A stretch of DNA of 64,000 bases from Schizosaccharomyces osmophilus (Eukaryota). The stretch covers positions 2,170,001-2,234,000 of the forward strand of contig NC_079239.1 in assembly GCF_027921745.1 (NCBI RefSeq). Direction: 5' to 3'. Shown in pieces: positions 26,717 through 38,595 of this stretch (position 1 is its first letter; every line of letters starts with the position of its first letter). The translations under genes were made by a program, and so were the position numbers. The notes under the pieces are model-generated. The model saw only the letters and a program-made list of their open reading frames with translations, was not told where the DNA came from and ran no database searches.

Positions 26717-27994
26717 TTAATCGGCCAAATGAGAGTACTCCGTTTCCGAAAGTTGTTTTTGGAAAAACTTCTCAAGACGGTCAGCGTTTTTGTAATATGT
26801 TGTGCTTGGATCATTATATTGTCGACAATTATTAAATATTAATTTTGCATCACGTATGAATTCTTCCACGGATTCATATTGATTGTTACGAAGCCGGTAT
26901 TCCATGGTAGATAAATCGACCGGATGCTCGATGACTTCGTAATAATCGGGAACGTCCTCTCTGTTTACCGGTTGAGCAAACGGCCAAGAGGAAGGATGAT
27001 TTTGCATTTCGGTGAACAGCATTTCCAACACAGCAAAGAATGGCTTTGGCTTTGGCTGTTGAGCCAGATCTTCCATTTCCTTACACCATCCTACTTCCAT
27101 CAAGCCTGGAACTTGGTTTGGTTCGATATGTGCAGGCCCGTATTTGAAAACATCTAGTCCAGGATATACAAGGTTGGAACGAGTGAGTCTATTAATTTTC
27201 GAGATAACAGAAGCTTTTTGAATAGCCAAAATTACACTCGCTTCCAGGTATTTAATTTTTGGGAGCATGGTACACTGCATCAAGGTACCACCTTCGTAAT
27301 CTTTTATGTAGCCCATCCAGATTTCTTTGGACAAATTGATTTCTTGTGTAAACCCTTGTTTTTTAAAATAACCAATGGCATAGTTATCGGCATATGTGAG
27401 GAAGTGCTGGACTTTGGAGGTTCCACGAACATAGTCTTTCAGATGGTTCATTAAATGTGAACCATAGCCCCGTACCTGCTCAGTAGAAGCAATGGCACAG
27501 AAAACAATTTCGGCAAATTCACGTTGCTCAAAAGGACGGTAGGTGATGCCACCCACAACGTGCAAGTTATCTTTCACGATGGTCATGGATAAGTGATTTC
27601 TGTCGTAAATAAGTCTGGTGATGTATTCTTTTGGCATTTTTGGTAGCTGTTTCATAAAAATATTTTTCAAACCTGTTAACATGATAAAGCTTTCAGGATG
27701 ATCGTCATTTGCTACCACACGAAACTTTATGATTCCTCGCTTTTCTTCTAAAGCCGCAGGCTTTTCGAGAATCTTTAGTTGTCCCACGTCAAAATCTACG
27801 TTCATGTCAGATGAAAGCAATTGTTGGCCTTTCCGAGAATCTGTATCATTCCCCTTTGTGGCCAAGGAAGATTGCGCATGTTTTCCCATATTCGTTTCTT
27901 TACTTTCTTCTCCAATGCTAGTACTAGCAGGCTTGTCAACTTCCATCAACGTATCTTTTTCTTCCTCCTTCTCGGAGGGATGGTTCAAATTCAT
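26717..27994 (-). CDS. gcn5: SAGA histone acetyltransferase Gcn5
   Basis: HAT domain ([34 protein letters not shown]) and C-terminal bromodomain. Confidence 0.98.
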   Translation of the reverse strand: MNLNHPSEKEEEKDTLMEVDKPASTSIGEESKETNMGKHAQSSLATKGNDTDSRKGQQLLSSDMNVDFDVGQLKILEKPAALEEKRGIIKFRVVANDDHPESFIMLTGLKNIFMKQLPKMPKEYITRLIYDRNHLSMTIVKDNLHVVGGITYRPFEQREFAEIVFCAIASTEQVRGYGSHLMNHLKDYVRGTSKVQHFLTYADNYAIGYFKKQGFTQEINLSKEIWMGYIKDYEGGTLMQCTMLPKIKYLEASVILAIQKASVISKINRLTRSNLVYPGLDVFKYGPAHIEPNQVPGLMEVGWCKEMEDLAQQPKPKPFFAVLEMLFTEMQNHPSSWPFAQPVNREDVPDYYEVIEHPVDLSTMEYRLRNNQYESVEEFIRDAKLIFNNCRQYNDPSTTYYKNADRLEKFFQKQLSETEYSHLAD

Positions 27995-28663
27995 TGTGTT
28001 TGAATAGAACCCTTGTATGATCGTATAGTCTTAAAGTCCACCCAAACTGAAAAAGAAAGAAAACATAAAAATCTATCCCACAAAAGAAACCAAAAGAAAT
28101 GAAAAAACACGTTTTCTGCACGCAAAATGTTATAGTACCCTGGTAAGAATGATTTATCTTCCTTTTCGATATGCAAAACTAAAATAGTAAACGCAGTAGC
28201 AATAAAGGGAAAGGTATGAATAGACTGTTCAAAAAGAAAGCATTTTCTTCGCAAACCTCAACCAAAACTAACAAAATCCCAAGTTCTTTTTTCTTGTAGG
28301 TCCTCTATGGTGGTAGTGTTTTCCCCGTTTGGTGAATCCGTGCGTGTCACTCACTATCCAGAAAGGTCAAATACAACAGAGAAACCATAGGAAACAGAAA
28401 ATTAAATGGGATTGGATGGTAGCAGAAGCAGTAGTATTAGCATACCTATAAAATCATGTACTAAGATTTTATTTAATTTTTCTTTGATCCGATTTGACCG
28501 AGTGGTTTCGGTTGATGAATGGCCGATAAAGTTCAAGCCATCAGCACTTTTGTAAATAGAACACTTTTTGCTGGGAAACTTGAGTTTCATAAATCTTACT
28601 GGTGCTTTTTCACTTGGAAAGTTTTTGAGATGTAGAACCTCTCATCGTGGAACTTCCAACAAG

Positions 28664-28909
28664 GTAAACAGCCCAGATACCACACTCAGTAACCATCTTC
28701 AGGTTAAACCAAGAGAACACACCAAAATATTAGTTCATGAATACTTAACATAGGGTATTAATGAAAGGTACAGCTTTCTTTTCTTGCTATTTTTTTCGAT
28801 GTAAACAAACGCAAATCCCAAGAGACCGCAAGGGTAACAATCTCAATTACGATGATATCTTCCTAAGTATACTACAATATAACAGCCGAAAACAATATAA
28901 TTGTAAACA
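28664..28909 (+). promoter_or_regulatory. Cluster of three forkhead/FLEX cores (GTAAACA)
   Basis: 28664-28670, 28801-28809 (full GTAAACAAA) and 28903-28909, upstream of ATG 29052. Confidence 0.55.
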
Positions 28910-29051
28910 GCTACACTTGACTTGGAACCCAAGCCTTCTTCCTCTATAAGGAAATATTTGTTCATTATGACAATGCTTACGTTCCCATCGAAATGTTTCT
29001 TTCTTTAGCCAATTGCTCTTATAATTTTAAGGGAAATTCTAGAAATTTATA

Positions 29052-29785
29052 ATGTTTTTCTTTTTCTTTCTTCCTCTTGGACTCCAGGATTTCTGGCACA
29101 ATAAGAGTAAATACGCAAAACTTCAACTGACTTGTCCAAGATGGTATGTTAACAGTTTGGTCATGGAACTCAACGAAGAAAAGCAAGAGACTTGATTTCC
29201 TAAGAAGTTTAATTTTAAGAGTTACTTTAGTGAAACAAGAGCGCATGACCTTTTAATTGATGTAGTTGCTAACCATTTTTAGTTTTAATAAATCAGGTAG
29301 GATATCCCCAACCGTGGCAGTTACACTTCAATATATCAATATAATAATGTAGTCTTTTTGGAATGCATTACTAATCCCTCAAACTCGTAGTTCGTGTTTG
29401 TCGACATTGGAAAACGCTTTCCATTATCATTTTACCGATTCTCCCTGTCTATACTTCGAAAGTAAGTTTCATGCCTTTTGGATCTGAATCCTAAGGCCTT
29501 TTGCAGTAAAAACGAATTTCAACGCTGACATGGACTTAGGCTTTACGATGCTCTGTTTGCAAATGGTGGGAGCCTACCAACAAACACTTAATTGAACAGA
29601 AAATTAGGGACGAACCTCGTCTGCAAAGTGCAAGGCTACAAGCACATCCTGGAATGCAGTATCCCCATCCTGCAACAACGATACAGCAACCTTGCTACGA
29701 ACCTAGTGGCTCGAATCCATCACAAGACCAGTCGCACTCAAAACCCCAGAGGCATTCTGAGGAGCCGCTTCCTCCCTATTCATAA
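29052..29785 (+). CDS. Small zinc-ribbon membrane-associated protein with C-terminal LPPY motif, 140 aa; exons 29052-29143, 29283-29296, 29391-29461, 29540-29785 (position of SPAC1952.04c)
   Basis: Assembled by hand through three canonical introns, with no stops: MFFFFFLPLG...TCPRCFNKSVRVCRHWKTLSIIILPILPVYTSKALRCSVCKWWEP...EEPLPPYS. Confidence 0.85.
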
Positions 29786-29996
29786 CAACCACAATTGGAA
29801 GTGCATCGTTATTATCATATTCTTTATCCGTCAATGACCATAAGCCATCAGCTATTATCAAATTTGTTCTACAGTGTGAATCACTGCATCTTTTCCAGTA
29901 AAGTAAAAATATTATGTGATTATCTAGTGCTAGCGATACAAAATTCGGATAAAACAGCATCTTATACTAGCCCAAATGAATTGATTCGTTTGTGCT

Positions 29997-30948
29997 TCAC
30001 TTATTATTGTACACCAAGCTATTATAGTGAGCACCCAATCCGTATAAATGTTGGTAGTATGCGATGCATACAGGCGTCGTATGCTTCGCTTCTTGAGGTT
30101 CAAATTTAATAATGGGTCCATTTGTATTGTAAACGTAGATAGGAACTTGTACATCATTGGAAAGTGCTTGAATTTCAATATCACCTCCCCATTTTCCCGT
30201 TGTCCGAATTTCATTGCAATATTGCTCCACCGACATTACTTCTCCTGTGTCTTCATCGAGTAAAAAGCCAGAATATTCATCCCCATGCTTAAAAATGTAG
30301 TTTGCAGCGCGATCACGGAGCTGATGATAGTTCAGCTTTATATTGAAATGATAGTTAAGTTGATGAGAAATGGATGCGAATAAACAATGACCGTCTGGAA
30401 TGATATCAACAGCAACCAATCCTGAATTCGAAAGAATCTTAGAAAGCTCATCCTTTTCAACCTTTTGTTTGTCAACTGTGTCTGCATGCTCTGTTTCTGC
30501 TCGTTCGCTCAATTGTTGCATTTCTGCCTTCCTACGTTCCTAAACTAAGTTAGTAATTCAGCCATAACTGGATTCTTTAAAAACATACAAGACGTTCTTT
30601 TTGACGATTCCTAGACTTTTTAGTTTCCTTGGGTTGATCTACTGCTTCACTCTTTGAATTTTCAGGTGACTTCTTGGGTTTGTCCAAATCCGTCGACTCC
30701 ATTTGTTTTAGCAATGTAGCAACAAGATCATCCTGCTCATTGCCTTCCTCTGGCTCCTCGGTCCGTTCAAGATCCGTTCTTTCCTGCGCGTGCCTTTGAG
30801 ACAAATCGGCTTCCATGTCGGCGATTTTTTGCTGAACTTGCTTCTTTTGCTTTTTGTTTCCCTCTTTGGCTTGCCTCCTAAGAGAAGCAATAGAACTTTG
30901 AAGCTGTTTATGCTCTTCTCTCTGTTTACTGAACAATTCCTCCATCAT
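29997..30948 (-). CDS. otu2: OTU-family deubiquitinase Otu2; exons 30948-30589, 30539-29997
   Basis: IIPDGHCLFASI, WGGDIEIQAL and HLYGLGAHYNS. Coiled-coil N-terminus with RNRQKERL. Confidence 0.93.
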
Positions 30949-31572
30949 TAAATATTGGCTGTGTTCAAGTCTGAAGATATCGTATACACCAAATCTTCAG
31001 TTTACTTTGTACTATGGACTTAAAATTTGTTGCTTTTTTTTAACTATATAACATCTGAACAGTTCATTTGCGAAGGTAAATTTCTATCTTGATCATTATG
31101 AAGGAAACGAAAAATTAAGTCTCCAATTGGCAGCTATATTTAAATCATGCTTATATTTATTTTGTAATAAATTGAATATAAATTGAAAACCCAAAGAATC
31201 CGTTCTATTAACCTACATAAACCATGTACATAATTTGTTGAAGCAACTTAAGTAAAAAAGTATGTCAAACGCATGTACATACTGTTTTTCTTTGATGTGT
31301 TTTTTTAACAAATGAAAAAGGGCCAAAATGTACCAAGTACCAACTTTTGACAAAGCATCTCTCAAGTGAGTTGAACAAGGAATTAAAAGCTATGTTGCTC
31401 GTCATCCCAACAAATGGATATTTTAAATCAAGAGTCGATTACAAAATCAAGTAACTCTTTGGATAACCTCAACAGCTGATATGAGTTTATTGGAATGTGC
31501 TGAGACTATGAATTAAAAGATCCATTATTTTTTTTTTTTACACGCAAGGACAGCTTCCATTAAAGCCAAGAA

Positions 31573-32337
31573 TTAGGCGTCTTTTAGCTTTCTTTTCCTG
31601 CGAGCTTCTGAATCTTTCCCTTTCGACTTCTTAGTCGGTTTTTTTTCTTTCTTCCGATCCTTCTTAGAATGAGATGATTTTTCCTTCTTACGCTTTTTGG
31701 ATGATGACAACTCGTCAGAATCTTTTCTCTTCCTTTTATGCTTCTTGTCTTTAGATTTCCGCTCGTCAGATTCAGACTTCGCTTTCCGAGAAGACTTTTT
31801 CTTGGAGTGCTTGTCTTTAATTCGTTCTTTTGACAATGCGTTGGTATCATTCTTCATTTTCTCTTTCTCTTTTTGTTCTTCAATTGTTCCGGAAAGACAT
31901 CCTGCGTATCGAAATACAGTCGACAAGGCGGAATACTTACTGTGGTATTTTGCCATTGCAAGCTTAGTAGATGCCCCCTGTGTTTCCAATTCAACCTAAA
32001 TGTTTCAATATTAGTCAAGGAAATATCAATAACTAAGTCATACATTGCCTTTTCCAGTGTTTACTTGGATAGAATTCAACTGTGAAGAAAAGACATTATC
32101 CCACCATTGATCGGCGTAATCATGCTTCGTACCCAACTAAAGTATTCATTAGAATGGTTTCTTTTTCATGCTTTCCTAAGAATGAAGCCTCTTTCTCCAT
32201 TTGTAAATTTTTCAAGCACGTACACCACGAGTATCATATTTTCTAGACGTCAAAACAGGTTTGAGGAGACCACCTTCTTTTAAGGCATTCCCCTCTTGCC
32301 AACCGAAAGAGTTTAGATATTGTTTTGAGCTAAACAT
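31573..32337 (-). CDS. tma23: G-patch ribosome biogenesis protein Tma23, multi-exon
   Basis: Starts MFSSKQYLNSFGWQEGNALKEGGL at 32337. WWDNVF motif and lysine-rich tail. Confidence 0.82.
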
Positions 32338-32594
32338 CAATTAGCTCAAGGACTTCAGTAACCACGGTCAGCTAGGAGGTGGTGGAAGAGGGTGCAAGTC
32401 AAAGATCACTTTGAATCTCAGTTAGTCACGAATTAATTAGATAAATTAATTAAAGATTTTCATTCTTCGTATATTGTTGCAATATTGGAATTCAAATTCT
32501 GGATAATGAATAGTGATTAATTCCAGCGATTAGCATAGAGAGCAAGGGCAGGTAGTTTTATGCAGAACTCCCCTTTACTTTTAAAGAAAATTTT

Positions 32595-33945
32595 CTATGG
32601 AACTTGTACTAAAGACTCATTCCTCCTTTCTGGATGCTCACTTTTCCATTCAACCATGAGCACTGCTCTTAAGAAATCCATCGCTTTGAGGGAAATTCCT
32701 ACCGCTAGGATTAAATTGCTAGCGTAAAAAAAGTTTGCGTTTCCACAACCAAGAGTAATCCAAGAATGGTAGAAGGTTGTCCCTAAAACGAGAGCAAAGA
32801 CAATTACGTTATTTGCCAAAAGACTGTATTTCATATTTTCCTGAACTTTCCCAAAGGTAGCGAGAAGAGACAAAAATAATGAATAATCAGCGATCGAGGG
32901 GTAAATTTTAAATATACCGTGTATTCCCATCATTAAGACAGTTGCAATCAAAGGTAGCTTTTGCAAACGAATGGTGATTGGTATGATGAACATGACAGGA
33001 GCAACAGCGAAAACAAACAGGAAAAATAATCGAAACTCCTCAAAGATTTCAGTAAAAAAATACCACCAAAGTCCGATGTTAGGAGAGAGGTCGTGGGCGT
33101 TCATATACACATGAAGCGGAGCCATCAAGAAATTACATGATTTTAAAAGAATTGCAGAGCCGAACACTAGACAAGACATGTAAAATAAAAAAACAAGAAG
33201 AATCCAGGAAATGGACACTTTTGGGTTACTTCGCTTTAAGATAAAGTAGCTGGGGAACACGAGAGAAATTGAACTAGGATTGATAAATAGACTTAAGGCA
33301 CTTGCACAGGCATATCCTACTTGGAAGCCTTGAATCGAAAAATATATAAAAGCCAACGTAAAAAAATTCAAAACAACGTCGCTTGAACAAGCAATAGTCG
33401 GAAGAAACGTAAGTGGATTCAGTAAATAACTATTACCATGGTTAGTACAATAAACGAATCGAAACCATATCAAAAGAGAATTAAAAAACAAGAAAAGGAA
33501 AGCATCTAAAGCCAATGGATGGCTATCAAAGCATTCACAAAAGTCCTTACATGATATAAATCCACAAAGAAGAAGTTCCAGCATAAAGTTCTCTATGTTT
33601 CTTGTTTTCTTGAAACTTTTTTGAAATACTGTAAACAAACCAACCGTTAGCTACAGTCAAGAAAGAATAAAGCATGCGTATTGCATCAAGTCCTCCTAGC
33701 AATTCACAGCTAAAATGAAGAAACAAAAGTAAAGGGGACTGAAAATATATTCCTCCCGAGTATGGATCGAGTCCACGACGGTACAAGAAAAGCCCTTCTT
33801 GTACTCGCAGAAAGTTGGATATAGGAGTCGAAATTTCAATTCTTTTTGACAATGCTTTTGAGATGTTCGTACTTGAGAGATAGTATTGAATAGCAAAGGA
33901 AAAGAAAGCGATGAATGCCAACCTCAGTTTTTCTTTTGAGTCCAT
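32595..33945 (-). CDS. gab1: GPI transamidase subunit PIG-U/Gab1; exons 33945-33551, 33429-32595
   Basis: RIEISTPI, PYSGGIYFQSPL, DLSPNIGLWWYFFTEIF and GNANFFY motifs. Confidence 0.93.
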
Positions 33946-34331
33946 GTTGTTGCCGTTATGCAGGTTGAGTGGGTTTATTTACGTTTCGTAAACTTCTATG
34001 AAGTTTACGATTAATTTAGGCAACTAATTATACAGATTTTTTCAACGAGAATAAAAAAACACTTGAAGCAATAGAGTATAAGTAAATTGATTTCTCGTAT
34101 GAATTCGTCTGTTTTATACAAACTTCAACGCTGCGATAATGAGATGTAAGTATCGAACGGTTGTTACCTTGGATTGAATACTTCCACCACAAAGTGTACC
34201 TGCTATTAGAATTCAATTAGAAAATACAAAATATTGAAACAAAGGAAAATTTAAAAAAGTTGGTACGACCTAGGAAAGCAACATATCAATTATTGAATTT
34301 AAGAGGCTTATAAATAAATTTCCGTTGAAAA

Positions 34332-34868
34332 ATGCTGGGATTGACGCGCCTTGGGCTTCGTCGTTTTGGTACCCATTCTCATCTCAGGAATGATGGTAAA
34401 ATCAATCTTACTGAGGTACTACAAAAGTCAGTTTTATCTACTCCAAAAACTACCCCTCTGCAAAACAAGGAACCTGCTTATGTCGCAGGTTCTGAGTTTC
34501 TTCCTAGTCCTTACTTTTTGCATGCCAAATGTTTAAAGAATAACACCCATGTGACCCTTTGCAATCCCGATAAAAAAATCATTTTCAAAGCATCTGCTGG
34601 ATCATGCGGATTCCGGAAAGGAAAAAGACGTGGATACGATACCGCCTACACCGTAACCTCAAGGGTCCTTGAGCAGATTCGTCTTAAGAATTTAAGCATT
34701 GAAAATTTGTATATTGTCTTTCAAGGATTTAGTCAAGCTCGTGAGGCCGTACAAAATTGTTTACTAGGCCAGGAAGGTTCACTGATTCGAGATAAGATCG
34801 TCAAAATCATGGATAAATCTGCCATAAAGTTTGGTGGCCCCCGTGGAAGAAATGAAAGAAGAATTTAA
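34332..34868 (+). CDS. mrps18: Mitochondrial ribosomal protein uS11m (Mrps18)
   Basis: Targeting-peptide-like N-terminus. NNTHVTL, SAGSCGFRKGKR and IKFGGPRGRNERRI. Confidence 0.9.
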   Translation: MLGLTRLGLRRFGTHSHLRNDGKINLTEVLQKSVLSTPKTTPLQNKEPAYVAGSEFLPSPYFLHAKCLKNNTHVTLCNPDKKIIFKASAGSCGFRKGKRRGYDTAYTVTSRVLEQIRLKNLSIENLYIVFQGFSQAREAVQNCLLGQEGSLIRDKIVKIMDKSAIKFGGPRGRNERRI

Positions 34869-35159
34869 TCTAATTTTGGTGCTTAATATCTGACTCACTG
34901 ATCTTGATTCCGACATGCTTACCCAAAAACCATTCGTCGTTTATTCCCTCGTGATTTTTGTTTTGAACGGTAGTGAAAGATATATTCGATGGCATAATGT
35001 CCTTTAATACAAATCTATGTCAAAAAATTGTTTCAATTGTCTTCATTAACACTTATCCCTATTAAAACAAAACACTTCCAAAGAAGTGAAGATAAATGGT
35101 ATACATGTATAAACAACAAAAATTAAGGAAGAAAGAAAAGAAGTATACAAGAGAAAAGC

Positions 35160-36779
35160 TCACATGACAACCGGTGAAACTAGATCAATCTCAGAAAGTA
35201 AAAGCTCATAAAAGTCATCATCAACCCAATTTTCATTCCCCACTGCTTCCAGTCTCGATAGCACTCGCCTTTTTTTTTCCTTTGAAAATTGATAATTTCC
35301 TTTTATTGACCAAGGTTCGTACCATCTGCCCGCTATATCTGCAAGCTGGCATACAAATTCTGAAGAATCGCTATGCATAAGGGTGTATTCAGTTTGCGAA
35401 ATGCGCTCCGCAATCTCTAAGCGACGCGGCAACTTTGTACGATTTCGAAATCGATGAAACGTTTGAGCTGTAGCATCTTTTTGTGCCCACAGTGATCCTT
35501 GAATACAGACGGCATCGTCGAGATTTACAAAGATGTCGGAGATATTCATTAAACAGGCTTTGGAAAATTGAGAAGGAAGAGACTCGGTATGCAAGATACA
35601 AAGATCATTAATCCATAGTTTCTCAGCTCCATAAAAAACACCCAAAAAATGATCACTTAAGTTTTCTGGCCCATCTTCGATTATGGGAAGGATGGTCATG
35701 GGAATAGAGTGATGCTCATCTTTATATACACTATGCTCAACATTTTTATTGTCAATAGGTTGAAACTTTCCATAAAGACACCAACTATGAGCGATGTCAC
35801 TAGCAAGTATGTGGCCTGGGCGACTCATGTCTGAAGATCGTTGCGTCCATGGTTCAATATCGGCAGCGGCCATGTCGAAGAAAAATCTCGAGTTTCCTAA
35901 TTCCTTACAATGGTATTGGTAAGGTTCGACGTAGGCGTCTAAAAGCGAATTCGAAGAGTTACTTTTATTGATATCATAATTAATCAAATTCCTAGCAACA
36001 ACAATTCCAGGAATAACTTCGTAATTTGTATCGATCCATACCACTTCACCAAGTCGAAATGAAGACGGCCAAGTAAAGGTATCATCTTTGCACTCATGGA
36101 ATATCCTTTCCATGTCCTTTTGGATATTCCTTCGAATTTTAATTGAACCATTGGCGCATAGTGAGCAGCAACAATTCGCTCCGTTCCTTGATAAATCAGA
36201 AACTAACCAGTAAAGATGATGCTGAAAGTCGTTTATGGATCGAAAAGGGCGGCCACCAGGATGCCCATACACCCAATACTCGCCACGTTTTGACCCAAAA
36301 CCATCGCGTTGGTAAATCTGATAATGTTTTGGTAAGGCCTCTAATACATAATTATCAAAACTCTCGGTCGTCATTAAGCGGGAAGTGTATCTAGGAGGAG
36401 CATTTTGCTTAGGCTCATCAGTTGATACTGTTCTGGAAGGCGGCCTTGACCGATGAGAAGAAACAAGGGATTTCGCATTTAGTTGAGATGGAGTGGAAAT
36501 AGGGTTTATAACAGTAAAGGAAGTGTTGGGTAAAGAGTTGGAGGGTACTTTAGGAGCATGAATGAATTGTTGGTGAAGATCGTGAAACACTTGCTGAGTT
36601 GAGCCGGAACCTCCGAAGATATGTCGGGCTAGCAACTGTCCGCATGTTTGTCGAAATGCCAAATGCCTTGGATGATCGTGAGCAAGAGGTCGGATTGAGG
36701 GCGTATAACGAGTTCTAAAAGAATTAGTAGGCAAGGTCCTCGCATCCCCGTCCGACCAAGTACAAGCTATGAAGGGCAT
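35160..36779 (-). CDS. clr2: SHREC heterochromatin silencing factor Clr2
   Basis: CTWSDGD, YVLEALPKHYQIY, VYGHPGGRPFRSINDFQHHLYWL, FRLGEVVW, GAEKLWIND and AGRWYEP. Confidence 0.92.
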   Translation of the reverse strand: MPFIACTWSDGDARTLPTNSFRTRYTPSIRPLAHDHPRHLAFRQTCGQLLARHIFGGSGSTQQVFHDLHQQFIHAPKVPSNSLPNTSFTVINPISTPSQLNAKSLVSSHRSRPPSRTVSTDEPKQNAPPRYTSRLMTTESFDNYVLEALPKHYQIYQRDGFGSKRGEYWVYGHPGGRPFRSINDFQHHLYWLVSDLSRNGANCCCSLCANGSIKIRRNIQKDMERIFHECKDDTFTWPSSFRLGEVVWIDTNYEVIPGIVVARNLINYDINKSNSSNSLLDAYVEPYQYHCKELGNSRFFFDMAAADIEPWTQRSSDMSRPGHILASDIAHSWCLYGKFQPIDNKNVEHSVYKDEHHSIPMTILPIIEDGPENLSDHFLGVFYGAEKLWINDLCILHTESLPSQFSKACLMNISDIFVNLDDAVCIQGSLWAQKDATAQTFHRFRNRTKLPRRLEIAERISQTEYTLMHSDSSEFVCQLADIAGRWYEPWSIKGNYQFSKEKKRRVLSRLEAVGNENWVDDDFYELLLSEIDLVSPVVM

Positions 36780-38595
36780 ATGGGGAAATTATTTTCCTTG
36801 ACAAGAGAAAAGAACCCCTATTGCTAGATGAGATAAAGTGTTGTAACAGCTGGCTACTGTACTAAAAAAGAAACAAATAAAAGTAAATTAGAAAGTATTA
36901 GGAAAGTCACCAAACACGTGTTTTCCTTTTCTTACTGTTGACTAGCTTCCAAATCGAATTCACCAAAAGAAGGATATAACTGTGGATAAATTGCCTTGAA
37001 GCAAATTATAATACATTTAATCAAAAAAAGGGAATAAATATTCTAAAATGTCGATAAGAAATGCTGCTTAGCCTTTCTGTAAAACGGGGATTTTGTGATT
37101 GTGAAATTGGTCCACTTTGGGTAGGTCACTTTGCTAGGAGGTAGAGGCTTTTTTAGGAAGGCTATCCAGGTACTTGAGCGAGCTTAATAGGAAATGGGAA
37201 TAAATTTTTGTACGTTTAAAAATAAATAAGGGAATTTTTTATTGAACAGCGAATTTTCTAGATGATACATGCCTTTGATATCCAAATTGGAACAAGAGTT
37301 AGATTCATGACAAGTAAATTGGATGCAAAACACCCTTTCTTTTTTGCTGAAATAAATACTTTTCTTCATCTCTATGAGATCCCAAGGAAAGTTTTGCTTG
37401 AGGAAACCAATTTTGAGAATTTTAGCACACACGACGAAGCTCTCAAGGTTTTCATCTCAGCCGGACGGTTCAAAGAACTTTTTGAAAATGGAATGAATGT
37501 GATGAAACATCCTTGTTTAATAATAAACAATGAAGATTAACAGATAGCGAAGAAGAAAAACAGATCTCTTGTAAAATGAAACAAGGTAATCACCCTTTGG
37601 AATGAAGACATCTTCATACTTTATATCAATTCTTTCCTTTTTCATATCCCTTTGAAATTTCCCATAGTAAACTTTAAGAAGAAGCTTGTTTCATAAACTC
37701 AACATTCCTAACTGCCTCAATAAATCCTTTTGGACTCGCCATTATAAAGGAAGCAGTATTCTATCATATTCCAGGAATTCCTCTATTCCCAAGCGAAGGA
37801 TCTGGTTTGCGTTTCTTTCGTTCAAACTTATATTAGTGATATTTCGTTTCATTGAATCAGCTCTTGAGCATGGTACCGACGTGAGACAGACGAATCGTAT
37901 CCTCAAACTGCATTCTTTTCGTGCTTTAAATTTCTTTTACGCTTATACAATTTAGAAGTTTCCTTATGCAGGCAAAATAAAATGGTTCCCATAACGACTT
38001 TCTGGCAGCGACTATCGAAAACTAAGAATGATTTTTCTTTTTTATAAACTTTTGCATAGCAATTGCTTCTTTAGATGTCTCTTTCGTCAAACTTGGAATT
38101 GGAAAATATCTAGCATTTTGATTTTCAATGATCAGATACGATCTCGGTGGTCATTATTTATTTCTCAGGCTTCTCTACATATAAGTATCGTTTTTGCGGC
38201 AATTACGAAATTAGGTCTCACGAAAGAGATCAACTTGTAGTCATCAAGTTGACTTTGATCGTTTTCCAAATTTTTTCTTCTGACTCCCAACTTTTGCTAT
38301 ATAGTATAGAAGCATTGAACCAGTCAGGGCTCTCGTTGGCTTACTGAGTAGAGGGGATTAATCTCTTATTAATTACTTATCTTTAATTATCCTTTCTATT
38401 TTTGACCGCAAACGATCATCGTTAGTGGTGAAAGCCTTATTTTGGAATCGTTGTAAAGTTTATATAGCTATCCGATTTCGAATTTTATTTTTTGTGTTTT
38501 TATTTTTTGTTTCGTTTTTCTTCCTATTGTTGATTAACTCTGTTTGATTTTAAATACGTCGTTTTGCCAAGGTTTTTGCATATATCACATTAAAC

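Noticed and set aside
37184..38347. Short ORFs upstream of vht1, including a 92-aa ATG ORF at 37262-37540
   Set aside because: No recognisable family or splice support; more likely promoter or UTR sequence. A degenerate relic cannot be excluded without a search.
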